In this document: piece by piece, positions 55,267 through 64,000 of the stretch
Numbering within the stretch: the stretch's first letter is position 1
Layout: each line of letters starts with the position of its first letter
Source of the DNA: Shigella phage vB_SboM_Phaginator
Direction: 5' to 3' (one strand)
Sequence record: OL615012
DNA: 64,000 nucleotides
Translations under genes and position numbers: made by a program
Notes under the pieces: generated by a model
Databases searched by the model: none
What the model was told of the DNA's origin: nothing
What the model saw: only the letters and a program-made list of their open reading frames with translations

Positions 55267-55653
55267 TTATTCGAGGGAAAGAAGATACTTACTCTGGTAA
55301 AACATCCCAGTAATATCATCTATCGTGCTTTGAATGGCTGGAGGCATTTCTTTATAAATGCTGTTAGATTGGTCTAGTATGCGATCAATCATTTTAATTG
55401 TGTCGGTAGGAAGTTTACTGGCATCTGGAATTGAAGGTGTGTATTTTCTACCAGAATACCCCAAATATTGCTCACCAAATTTATCAATCAAATCTGGCAA
55501 CTCGGAGAAAATAAAATCGTATGCTTTGTGTCTAGCATAACTTTTAGTTTCAAAATGTGCAGAATGAAAATAAGCTTGTGCAGCCATTAATAAACCTAAG
55601 TATTCATCTGCCTTTGAAGGTTTTCCACTTTGTGAAAAGTCGCTGAATTTCAT
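55267..55653 (-). CDS. hypothetical protein (128 aa), T4 rI.-1 position
   Basis: ORF directly downstream of rI. Confidence 0.6.
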   Translation of the reverse strand: MKFSDFSQSGKPSKADEYLGLLMAAQAYFHSAHFETKSYARHKAYDFIFSELPDLIDKFGEQYLGYSGRKYTPSIPDASKLPTDTIKMIDRILDQSNSIYKEMPPAIQSTIDDITGMFYQSKYLLSLE

Positions 55654-55943
55654 TCAGTCTCCAATTTAATGTTCATAATTCTAGCGTATGATTGTGCCAT
55701 CTCCGCGCCTCGTTCTATACATTCAAAATCAGAAGAGCACGGGTCATTTTTATAGGTCGTTCTCATAAAACTATAGAACTGTTCAGATGATTCTACGCTT
55801 TTATTTTCAAAAAGCATATAAACATGTCTAATACCAGATTCCATAAATTTATCAAAATGAGGATCGACATTCGCTTCAATCGATGGAGATAAAACAAATG
55901 ACAATCCTAGCATGGCAAATAGTGCCGTTGCTTTTAAGGCCAT
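55650..55943 (-). CDS. rI: antiholin RI (lysis inhibition)
   Basis: 97-aa ORF MALKATALFAMLGLSFVLSPSIEA... with signal-anchor N-terminus; matches T4 RI as recalled. Confidence 0.85.
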   Translation of the reverse strand: MALKATALFAMLGLSFVLSPSIEANVDPHFDKFMESGIRHVYMLFENKSVESSEQFYSFMRTTYKNDPCSSDFECIERGAEMAQSYARIMNIKLETE

Positions 55944-55955
55944 AAAGGCCTCCTA

Positions 55956-56168
55956 TCATTTTTGTCCTGTATTTACTTTATGCCGATGCACGGCCTTAAC
56001 TTTATCAAGGTATTTTTCAAAATTTCGCAATCTAGTATAGTCTGCCGGAGATTGGTTGAGTGATACTTCTCGACGCAAAGCTGAAATGATATTTCCAACT
56101 TCCCTACGAATTTCATCTAATTGAAGCACAGTAAGATTGCGAAGTTGCTTTTCAGTTAATTGTAGCAT
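55956..56168 (-). CDS. hypothetical protein (70 aa), T4 rI.1 position
   Basis: ORF between tk and rI. Confidence 0.55.
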
Positions 56169-56210
56169 ATATACCCCTTTAGTTAGATAAACCTATTTAT
56201 AACTTTTGCA

Positions 56211-56792
56211 CTAACCGAGCTTTTTAGTTAATTCATTCCAATGTTTTCTGCACAAAGAAACATAAATTTCATCACCAATACAGATTTGATTACCTTCTTT
56301 AACTGGTGTTCCATCTTCCATTAATCGAGCTGTCATAATCGCTTTTTTGCCGCAATGACAGACTGCTTTCAGTTCAATAAGTTTATCTGCAATCGCTAAA
56401 AGTTCTTTAGAACCTTCAAACAATTTTCCAGCGAAATCAGTCCTTAATCCATAAGCCATAACAGGAACATTATATGTATCAACAATTCGGCTCAATTGAT
56501 GCACTTGTTCAGTTTTTAAAAACTGAGCTTCATCTACAAATACGCAATGAATATCTTTTTGTGCTTCGGCCCATTTATAGAATTCGAAAATGTCCATATC
56601 ATCTGTAATAATATTCGCTTCCTGCTTAATTCCAATGCGAGAAACGACTTCACAGACAGAATCGCGAGTATCAATAGCAGGCTTAAGAACTAATACACCC
56701 ATTCCACGTTCTTTATAATTATGTGCAGCAGTCAAAAGAGAAGCAGATTTTCCAGCATTCATTGCTGCATAAGTAAAAATTAAACTCGCCAT
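56211..56792 (-). CDS. tk: thymidine kinase
   Basis: 193-aa ORF, T4 Tk length; P-loop AAMNAGKS and Cys cluster CHCGKK...C. Confidence 0.95.
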   Translation of the reverse strand: MASLIFTYAAMNAGKSASLLTAAHNYKERGMGVLVLKPAIDTRDSVCEVVSRIGIKQEANIITDDMDIFEFYKWAEAQKDIHCVFVDEAQFLKTEQVHQLSRIVDTYNVPVMAYGLRTDFAGKLFEGSKELLAIADKLIELKAVCHCGKKAIMTARLMEDGTPVKEGNQICIGDEIYVSLCRKHWNELTKKLG

Positions 56793-56801
56793 ATCACCTT
56801 C

Positions 56802-56987
56802 TTAAAGCGTATTCACATAAGCTATTAATTCGTTTTCTTTCTTATCAAACCGATCAGCAAATTCTTCCTGCTGTTCGGGAGATAGCGGGCCATATTCATC
56901 ATAAAAGGTGTTTGCTTCTGTATGCTCATCTAGAAGTTCATGGATAAGCTCAAACAATTTATCTTTTTGTTCTTTACTCAGACTCAT
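56802..56987 (-). CDS. small acidic protein (61 aa)
   Basis: ORF-track ORF upstream of tk. Confidence 0.55.
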   Translation of the reverse strand: MSLSKEQKDKLFELIHELLDEHTEANTFYDEYGPLSPEQQEEFADRFDKKENELIAYVNTL

Positions 56988-57153
56988 ATATTAATTTCCA
57001 GGAGTTTTAAAATAATTCGCTTTTGCTTAAATATTTCCATAGTTAAATGACCAGTATCTTTTTGACCGATTCCAATGGCAAAACCTTTATTAACAGCGAG
57101 TTCAATTAAATTATCAAGCTCACGTAACACTTCGTATTGTAACTCAAAACTAT

Positions 57154-57381
57154 TCATTTTGGTTTACCTTCTTTAACGAAATCAGGATAAGGATAAAATC
57201 CCGAATAAAATCCTTCACCTTTATGATTGATGCATCCTTTATTAGAACAATAGCACCAATAATCGAAATCACAAGCCATTTCATCATTACATAAAGCAAA
57301 AACAACAGGCCATTTACACTTTTCGCAATGGGCATTTTTAAGAATACTAGTTTGGCTCATAACCATGTAACCTTTAAGCAA
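57154..57381 (-). CDS. small Cys-rich protein (75 aa)
   Basis: Eight Cys including CEKCKW and CYCSNKGC. Confidence 0.5.
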   Translation of the reverse strand: MLKGYMVMSQTSILKNAHCEKCKWPVVFALCNDEMACDFDYWCYCSNKGCINHKGEGFYSGFYPYPDFVKEGKPK

Positions 57382-57569
57382 TATTCTTCTACATGTTGTT
57401 TACGACCTTTCTTATCAATAAAGGTATATTCAACGAATGTTCCAATGTAGTCTTTATCTACATCATGTGGACTATTAATTGGACATTTAGTACGGCAAAT
57501 GCGTTCCCATTGACGAATAATTTCCACTTTGTTTTTAGGATCAAACGGATGTGGGTAATGTACTTTCAT
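57357..57569 (-). CDS. hypothetical protein (70 aa)
   Basis: ORF-track ORF. Confidence 0.5.
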   Translation of the reverse strand: MKVHYPHPFDPKNKVEIIRQWERICRTKCPINSPHDVDKDYIGTFVEYTFIDKKGRKQHVEEYCLKVTWL

Positions 57570-58020
57570 AATCCACCACTATTAAATCAATATCAGGAGT
57601 AAACATGTCGATTAATTTAGAAACTTTATCCCAATCGCCGCCAGCAATACCACAACCTATGCGTGGAATGTAAATTATCGGTTTAAACAAAAGGGTTTCT
57701 GCCTGTAGATTTAATTCTATCATGCAGTTTACTAAAGCACCATAATCAAGATTAGGACCTGGTTCGTATTGCGTATACAAGTTATAACATATGCCAAAAC
57801 CATTAGGTTTATGTTTAAAAACAATAGACATATCACCGAGTTTTTCACGCGAACCATATTCAGTTGTGGTCTTATCTATTTCTAAAATTTTGGGATAGGC
57901 TCTTGCTAATTGACCAGCTACACCACTGCCCATTGTATGAAAACAATTGCACCCGTGCGCAATAATATTACCTTGAAGAAATAGGGCGACAATATCGCCC
58001 TTGATATATTTTACAATCAT
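57541..58020 (-). CDS. macro-domain protein (predicted ADP-ribose binding/hydrolase)
   Basis: 159-aa ORF; IKGDI...GNIIAHGCNCFHTMGSGVAGQLA and IGCGIAGGDW resemble macro-domain signatures. Confidence 0.6.
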   Translation of the reverse strand: MIVKYIKGDIVALFLQGNIIAHGCNCFHTMGSGVAGQLARAYPKILEIDKTTTEYGSREKLGDMSIVFKHKPNGFGICYNLYTQYEPGPNLDYGALVNCMIELNLQAETLLFKPIIYIPRIGCGIAGGDWDKVSKLIDMFTPDIDLIVVDYESTLPTSV

Positions 58021-58364
58021 CTAGTACTCAATCCTCGATTATAAGAATCTACCAAACGGTCAACCATTGAATGACAAGCGGCTTTATCTTTCTCCTCCGC
58101 AACTGAACATTCTAAGGTATTCCACTTTTTAGCATATCGTTTTAATAATGTATCGTTTTTGTATCTGCTTGATTTATCTCTTTCTCCGTCTTTATATGCA
58201 TATATTAATTTCTGTGCAAATTCAGCTTGGCATGCTTTATTTTTCCCACAATAATCTGCCGCAGTGCGGTTTACATATTCTCTAATTTCAGTATATGATG
58301 TATCTGCTGACGCAGAAGCAGAAAATGAAATTAATCCTATACATAAAACCAAAATTTTAGTCAT
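58017..58364 (-). CDS. secreted protein (115 aa)
   Basis: Signal peptide MTKILVLCIGLISFSASASA; four Cys. Confidence 0.6.
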   Translation of the reverse strand: MTKILVLCIGLISFSASASADTSYTEIREYVNRTAADYCGKNKACQAEFAQKLIYAYKDGERDKSSRYKNDTLLKRYAKKWNTLECSVAEEKDKAACHSMVDRLVDSYNRGLSTR

Positions 58365-58902
58365 TTACTATTTCCAAAAGTTTATTATTTTTAAGGTAAT
58401 TAGCCTTTTCTAGGACTTCAGAAGCATATTTAGAACCAGCTTTAACATTCCATCCCGAATTATAAGAGGATATTGCTTTTCTTATATCGCCCTTATGTAT
58501 ATTTAACCAATAAGAAAGTTCAATGTACGCCCAGGAAGCTGAATTGGATCGTTTATTCAACATTCTTTTTATTTCAGCATCGGTCATATTATAACCAAGT
58601 TCCTTAACTCTTGCTCGCATAGTAGGCAAATAATTTTGGAACATTCCGTAGGCGTGATGCTTTGGTTTAGATTTTAAATTAACTCCGCCAGAGCTTTCTT
58701 GCCATAAAATAGCAGCCATTATATGACCTAATCCGCTCTTGTGGATATTTTTGTGTGTTTTATATTTTCCATCCTTAGAAAATTGTTCCCCGAATTGATA
58801 CGCGTAACGCATGTTATCGAGTTGGACATTACTGAAAGTATGCTCGGAGCTATGTGCCATCATTGAAATGGCCAATAGACCAGCGAGTAGTGCTTTTCTC
58901 AT
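58357..58902 (-). CDS. secreted lytic transglycosylase-like protein (SLT domain)
   Basis: Signal peptide MRKALLAGLLAISMMA; motifs WQESSGG, YGMFQ, SSYNSGW fit the SLT E-S/GLMQ/AYNxG pattern. Confidence 0.6.
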   Translation of the reverse strand: MRKALLAGLLAISMMAHSSEHTFSNVQLDNMRYAYQFGEQFSKDGKYKTHKNIHKSGLGHIMAAILWQESSGGVNLKSKPKHHAYGMFQNYLPTMRARVKELGYNMTDAEIKRMLNKRSNSASWAYIELSYWLNIHKGDIRKAISSYNSGWNVKAGSKYASEVLEKANYLKNNKLLEIVND

Positions 58903-58909
58903 GCTTACC

Positions 58910-59371
58910 TCATTGAGTTTTAATTACTGCTTTAGAAGCCTTTCCTGGTAAACGACGACTGTTGATAATTGCCATCCTACATTGAAGTGACGGGTCTTTG
59001 AACTTCTCATTAGGCTTACAAACTGTAAATCCAAGCCAAAGATTTCCATCTGTGATTTCTAAACGTCCAGGACGATATTCAACCCCATCAATAAAATCCT
59101 CGTCAATGTCAGGACGCGGAGGCATACTCAGGAATTCATTAACTTCTAAAACATGGTCTTTTATTTTATGGAATAATTCAAAAACATATGTCTCATCAAT
59201 CTCCCGTTGAATTGCACGATCAAGAAGATGTTGAGAATATTTTAGATGAAACGATGAGACCCCTGCTGCTTTTGATGCCTCACGAATCTCATTGTTAATT
59301 TGACGAAACTCCGACTCAAAGTGACGACGAAGCTTATTTCGACGGATAAAAACTTCTGTGTTGATAGTCAT
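58910..59371 (-). CDS. regB: RegB endoribonuclease
   Basis: 153-aa ORF MTINTEVFIRRNKLRRHFE...; T4 RegB length and sequence as recalled. Confidence 0.9.
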   Translation of the reverse strand: MTINTEVFIRRNKLRRHFESEFRQINNEIREASKAAGVSSFHLKYSQHLLDRAIQREIDETYVFELFHKIKDHVLEVNEFLSMPPRPDIDEDFIDGVEYRPGRLEITDGNLWLGFTVCKPNEKFKDPSLQCRMAIINSRRLPGKASKAVIKTQ

Positions 59372-59399
59372 GTTATTCTCCTCTTAACTGATAGAAAAA

Positions 59400-59429
59400 T
59401 TATACCACAGTCAAGAGGAAAAGTAAACA
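59400..59429 (-). promoter_or_regulatory. T4-type early promoter
   Basis: Minus strand GTTTAC-18 nt-TGGTATAAT, then GAGGAG and the regB ATG. Confidence 0.7.
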
Positions 59430-59430
59430 A

Positions 59431-59709
59431 TTATTCTTTAAATCTAATCAATTTATTCATAGACTTTGAAACTTCTGCACGAACCTCATGTAGGTTTTTA
59501 AGCTGTTCAAGACGCTGCTCATAGTAAGCAATTTCATCTTCTTCGAGACAGTCCTGCGAATCTTCTTTAAGATAACGTGCATAGTCCTGGAAAGCTTTAC
59601 GGACTACTTCCTGGAAGTCATCAAGACTTTGAATTTTCTTAGGAGCAACAGATACACGACGAGGGGCAGTATAATACTCATAACCAAACCCTGCGCTTAA
59701 TTGAGCCAT
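59431..59709 (-). CDS. hypothetical protein (~92 aa)
   Basis: ORF-track ORF trimmed to [13 protein letters not shown]..., abutting the upstream ORF's stop. Confidence 0.5.
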   Translation of the reverse strand: MAQLSAGFGYEYYTAPRRVSVAPKKIQSLDDFQEVVRKAFQDYARYLKEDSQDCLEEDEIAYYEQRLEQLKNLHEVRAEVSKSMNKLIRFKE

Positions 59710-60011
59710 TAATATTTTTCCTCTGGTTGGAACACAGCACGACAAGCCCACATACTGGCTTCTTTGAGTTTCGTTTTAGCAATAGTTAACTGATCGAGGC
59801 TTTCAGCATAATTCTTCGCGAATTCACAGTCTTCACAATTATCTAGTGCTTCCCAGAATTCATCATATAAAGCGTCAAAGATAAGTCCTAAACGAACTTC
59901 AGCGTCTTTGATAGCATTCACTTTACCGATTTTCTCTTCAGTATGTGGCTTATAACCCTTAATATCTTCAATCATATTTGACTTCCTCACCAGTACATAA
60001 ATCATATTCAA
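59709..60011 (-). CDS. hypothetical protein (88-100 aa), 2nd ORF after regB
   Basis: ORF-track ORF; start ambiguous (MNMIYV... or MIEDIKG...). Confidence 0.5.
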   Translation of the reverse strand: MNMIYVLVRKSNMIEDIKGYKPHTEEKIGKVNAIKDAEVRLGLIFDALYDEFWEALDNCEDCEFAKNYAESLDQLTIAKTKLKEASMWACRAVFQPEEKY

Positions 60012-60189
60012 CTAAACGAATAGGTTCATGAATGCCATATCCTTGAACAGAAATTTCTGTCGTAGGATAAATTCCATCAATATCACCCATATTCCATGCT
60101 TCATTAAATTGTTGTTCGCCTGAATTACTAAACCATTCGGCGAAAGCATTTAGCACATCTTTAGAACCTTCAATAATTATCTTTGCCAT
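59968..60189 (-). CDS. hypothetical acidic protein (73 aa)
   Basis: ORF-track ORF; ATGA-coupled to the GrcA-like gene. Confidence 0.5.
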   Translation of the reverse strand: MAKIIIEGSKDVLNAFAEWFSNSGEQQFNEAWNMGDIDGIYPTTEISVQGYGIHEPIRLVEYDLCTGEEVKYD

Positions 60190-60551
60190 TACAAACTCTC
60201 AGTAAAGGTACGAGCGATAACGTCGCGCTGCTGTTCCGGAGTCAGAGAGTTAAAGCGAACTGCATAACCGGATACACGGATGGTCAGCTGCGGATATTTT
60301 TCCGGATGCTTAACTGCATCTTCCAGAGTTTCGCGACGCAGAACGTTAACGTTCAGGTGTTGACCACCTTCAATTTTAACTGTAGGCTGTGGTTCAATTT
60401 CAATTTCACGGGCATGCAAACCGTAGAAAATTTCTGGGTCTACAAAAGAGTCCTCTTTAAAGGTTTTAGAGACAATAATTCGTGCTTGAATACCATCTTC
60501 AAAATAAATAGTACCTTTGTGTGTGCCTTCAAGAATTTGATATGCTTTCAT
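60189..60551 (-). CDS. GrcA/YfiD-like autonomous glycyl radical cofactor
   Basis: 120-aa ORF; C-terminus ...[60 protein letters not shown] carries the RVSGY glycyl-radical motif and matches E. coli GrcA as recalled. Confidence 0.7.
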   Translation of the reverse strand: MKAYQILEGTHKGTIYFEDGIQARIIVSKTFKEDSFVDPEIFYGLHAREIEIEPQPTVKIEGGQHLNVNVLRRETLEDAVKHPEKYPQLTIRVSGYAVRFNSLTPEQQRDVIARTFTESL

Positions 60552-60558
60552 ATAAACC

Positions 60559-60888
60559 TCAATTAGAAAATAAATTTATCCAAGATTGTTCTTTAATTAA
60601 AAATGGCTCAGAATCATATGCCATTAAACTCTGTGTGATTAGTCCTTTAAAAGGCCCATCAATAAATTCCATGGTAAAATATGGAATTTTATTCATTAAC
60701 CGTGCATTAGGAGCCGTACACAAAACTCTGCATCCTTTGAATACGCCTTTTTGTAATTTGTATTGCTTGGGATAAAATTCGCTCAAAATGTTATTATTTG
60801 CTAAAATTTCAAAATGATTCACCAATTTATTTTTAATAGTTTTTGGCGAAAAATAAAGATATTCGAAAAGCTGAGTGTCTGTCATCAT
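60559..60888 (-). CDS. hypothetical protein (~109 aa)
   Basis: ORF-track ORF trimmed to an internal Met to give ATGA coupling. Confidence 0.5.
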   Translation of the reverse strand: MMTDTQLFEYLYFSPKTIKNKLVNHFEILANNNILSEFYPKQYKLQKGVFKGCRVLCTAPNARLMNKIPYFTMEFIDGPFKGLITQSLMAYDSEPFLIKEQSWINLFSN

Positions 60889-61427
60889 TGCATTCCGATT
60901 ATGAAAAACTGTGGACGAGTAATACCACCAATGCAGCATTTACTATTGCAACAGTGGTGCACAGTTTCAATATGAATATCGTAAATTTTATCCATATCAG
61001 GAGATTTAACAGGCTCATCGATTATATACAAAATCCGCGAAAGCGATAAACCTCTGAACTTGCTACCTCTATTACCAACAAAACTACGGACAGAAACAGT
61101 AAATAAACGGAATCGAATATCATCATTAGAATAGCGTGAAAATTCTTTTTTAATGTGGCCCGCAGAAATTTTAGCGTAAGCTGAAGTATTAGAAAGAACA
61201 ATAACTGTTCCACCGTCATACAACCAATTAGCGGCAAAATTAGTTACTGCAGTTGATTTACCGGATTGACGTCCACCATCTAGTCGAAGTGTGCAGTATT
61301 CTTTAAATAAATGTGGCGAATCAGGTACATAAAATCCACTATTACAAATTTCTTCTACTCTAGCATCAGAATGGTGTGTAAAAGCATTCATCAGGGATAG
61401 ATAAGGACCAGTTAAAAATGTTCTCAT
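60885..61427 (-). CDS. small P-loop NTPase with C-terminal Cys cluster (~180 aa)
   Basis: Trimmed to MRTFLTGPYL... after AGAGAGAATAAA; Walker A GGRQSGKST, Walker B ILYIIDEP, tail HHCCNSKCC. Confidence 0.55.
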   Translation of the reverse strand: MRTFLTGPYLSLMNAFTHHSDARVEEICNSGFYVPDSPHLFKEYCTLRLDGGRQSGKSTAVTNFAANWLYDGGTVIVLSNTSAYAKISAGHIKKEFSRYSNDDIRFRLFTVSVRSFVGNRGSKFRGLSLSRILYIIDEPVKSPDMDKIYDIHIETVHHCCNSKCCIGGITRPQFFIIGMQ

Positions 61428-61593
61428 TTTATTCTCTCTAAATTTGGGCCATTCCATGGCGCGTGAATTGTCCATTTCTGTATTTACCCATTACCGCACT
61501 TGGGCTCGACCTTATTACAGGTTGGCTGGAATCCCTCACAGAATCATGAGGTCCAGCTTGTTCCCATTTTATTTGAATGTAAATAGATCTGAG

Positions 61594-62172
61594 TTAGGAA
61601 TTACGGGCTGCATTAGCAACGGCGTAAGCGTACTGGACATTAGCGTCTTTAAACGTACCTTTAGAGGTATCTATTTCTGCCTTAAAGCCGCCTTTAGCCA
61701 TAACATCGGCAAATTCTTTACGGAAAGCCATTGCATCAAGACCTTTCCATGATGATTTATGCTTGGCAAATTCAAGACCAGCGTAGTTGACAGCCTTAGC
61801 TAATTTATTATCAATAACCCATTTACCGGCTTTAGGCACAAACTTCGGGCCTTTTTGTTTAGAGAACAGTTTTAAATTCCAGCGACGAAGGTCACTGTCG
61901 GCTTTAACAAAAGCTGCGTCTAAGTTACTAGCAACAACATCTTCAATATGAGCAAATTTAAGTCCGTCAACTTCAATATTTAGATCGTTACGCCAGCGAA
62001 GTCCTTCCCAAGCGAAGGCTTTAAAGTCGGAAGCCTTTGTAGCTAAGTACCGTTCAATAGGAGCTGTTTTAGGGTCAAAGCCGTTTCCCGATCGGTAGGT
62101 CCACTCATCTTTATTAATGCCTTTGGCCTTTACTATAGAAGCTTCGGCAATAAATTCTTGATAGGTTTTCAT
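61594..62172 (-). CDS. ipIII: internal protein, IPIII-like (capsid targeting sequence)
   Basis: 192-aa basic ORF beginning MKTYQEFIAEA, the T4 internal-protein targeting sequence; T4 IPIII ~194 aa. Confidence 0.75.
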   Translation of the reverse strand: MKTYQEFIAEASIVKAKGINKDEWTYRSGNGFDPKTAPIERYLATKASDFKAFAWEGLRWRNDLNIEVDGLKFAHIEDVVASNLDAAFVKADSDLRRWNLKLFSKQKGPKFVPKAGKWVIDNKLAKAVNYAGLEFAKHKSSWKGLDAMAFRKEFADVMAKGGFKAEIDTSKGTFKDANVQYAYAVANAARNS

Positions 62173-62200
62173 GTGTTTCCTTGTTTGTTTTGATAGAGTA

Positions 62201-62230
62201 ATTATACCATATTAATACTTAAGCGTAAAC
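62201..62230 (-). promoter_or_regulatory. T4-type early promoter
   Basis: Minus strand GTTTAC-18 nt-TGGTATAAT upstream of the IPIII-like gene. Confidence 0.7.
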
Positions 62231-62233
62231 CGT

Positions 62234-62494
62234 TTAAGCTTTACCGCCAGAAATAATTCCGAAGTTGTTAAAATCATATCCAATATCGTCAACATCTACT
62301 TTAGGACTTGCTACAGCATAAGCAATTTCACTACGTTTTGCACAGGTGTTGATTTCTTTACCATCGCCACCTAAGAAAGAATACCCATTACGTTTTAATG
62401 AGCCAAAGTCTTCCGCATCACCAATGAAAGCTTTAACTTTAAATTTAGAACCTTTGGCATCTGCTTCAACGATAAATTCTTGATACATTTTCAT
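62234..62494 (-). CDS. internal protein, IPII-like (capsid targeting sequence)
   Basis: 86-aa ORF beginning MKMYQEFIVEA. Confidence 0.65.
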   Translation of the reverse strand: MKMYQEFIVEADAKGSKFKVKAFIGDAEDFGSLKRNGYSFLGGDGKEINTCAKRSEIAYAVASPKVDVDDIGYDFNNFGIISGGKA

Positions 62495-62500
62495 TTTTCC

Positions 62501-62604
62501 TTAGTAAATTGATTTACCAAAGTATTTGTACCAAGTCGGACGTTGATCAATTTTTTCATCTAAGCGTGCTTGATTTATCGCAATGGACGCTTCGGACGGG
62601 TCAT
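62501..62604 (-). pseudogene. denV: denV (endonuclease V) deletion remnant
   Basis: ATG after GGAGG encodes MTRPKRPLR then stop; a second frame reads [30 protein letters not shown], matching the T4 endonuclease V C-terminus as recalled. Confidence 0.6.
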
Positions 62605-62631
62605 AATTTCCTCCAAGTAGTTGATGAATGT

Positions 62632-62661
62632 ATAGTATCAAAACCCTTGGAGGAAGTAAAC
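62632..62661 (-). promoter_or_regulatory. T4-type early promoter upstream of the denV remnant
   Basis: Minus strand GTTTAC-18 nt-TACTAT, then GGAGG and the remnant ATG. Confidence 0.55.
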
Positions 62662-62662
62662 A

Positions 62663-63465
<803 letters not shown>

Positions 63466-63466
<1 letters not shown>

Positions 63467-63921
63467 TAAAAGAGGCTGTTCATTATTCGGTAAAGTGAAG
63501 GACCCATCACATATTGCCACTGAGTACGAGGAATAAGAGCAAAAGCATCCATCTCTGGAATCATAACACCATCTTTATTTTCAAAATAAGACTCGCAATG
63601 GCAATTTCTAAACATCTCATGCTCTACTGGAATCGTATAATAAAACAGCTGTAAGTCTTTATTACTAGAATATTTAAATACACCTAGGTCTTCTAGAAGG
63701 TCTGGATTATAATTGCTAAAACCGGTCTCTTCTAAGCATTCTCTTCGTGCTGCATCTAGTGCGCTCAAATCAGAATTTTCTACACGGCCTTTTGGAATAT
63801 CCCAGCGATGTGCCATCATTCCAGGCTTACGAGAACCAGTAACCCGTCCCATGAATAAATCTTTATCTTCTGTCATAAAGATAATACCAGCTGATAATGT
63901 TTTCATTTTAATTTCCTGCAT
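63466..63921 (-). CDS. nudE: Nudix hydrolase NudE
   Basis: 151-aa ORF with Nudix box RECLEETGF; adjacent to e as in T4. Confidence 0.85.
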
Positions 63922-64000
63922 TCGGTGATAAAATTATTTAAATTTTGAGTATATTTCTTTTCATCAAAAATCTTTTGCTGCCTACGTAAACGCCATGGCA

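Noticed and set aside
14407-61237. Minus-strand alternative-frame ORFs nested in other genes (14407..14619, 15089..15271, 15985..16218, 22899..23102, 25423..25608, 26629..26820, 32925..33188, 35017..35238, 40194..40418, 50156..50362, 52058..52252, 57150..57335, 61022..61237)
   Set aside because: Overlap recognisable genes (soc, 56, 43, 46, alpha-gt, nrdG and others) in a different frame; the recognised gene explains the coding signal
61428-61593. Possible tRNA gene in the GC-rich spacer
   Set aside because: Could not find a 7-bp acceptor stem or a GTTCRANYC T-loop by eye; kept only as a low-confidence structured-RNA observation
63922-64000. Partial minus-strand ORF running off the window end after nudE
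   Set aside because: Only ~20 codons are visible (ending ...LMKRNILKI-stop); too short to call

Overview
This window is the first ~64 kb of a T-even (T4-like, Tequatrovirus-type) Escherichia phage genome, numbered as in T4 (rIIA at complement 12..2189). Almost every gene is on the minus strand in one dense early/middle array: rIIA, topoisomerase gene 39, dexA, dda, srd, modA/modB, soc, 56, 61, sp, dmd, 41, 40, uvsX, 42, imm, 43, regA, 62/44/45, rpbA, 46/47, alpha-gt, 55, nrdH/G/D, 49, pin, nrdC plus 11 downstream ORFs, rI, tk, regB, an internal-protein locus, e and nudE. Gene identities come from my recollection of T4 protein sequences, lengths and gene order; no database search was run. Many ORF-track starts were trimmed where the N-terminus was translated promoter sequence. 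Regulatory signals are clear: 17 early promoters (GTTTAC-18 nt-TATAAT/TACTAT), MotA-box middle promoters, late TATAAATA promoters before soc and e, the gene 43 operator, and UUCG/CGAA hairpin terminators. Compared with T4 as I remember it, this phage looks T2/T6-like: gene 39 is a single fused ORF, there is no dam between 56 and 61, nrdD has no intron, no homing endonuclease genes are seen, the beta-gt slot holds a different glycosyltransferase, denV survives only as a remnant, and the internal-protein locus is rearranged. I found no clearly novel multi-gene system. The best candidates for follow-up are the ATPase plus nucleotidyltransferase pair, a four-gene coiled-coil family, a macro-domain protein, a small capsid-targeting-sequence peptide gene, and an ORF with an in-frame amber codon.
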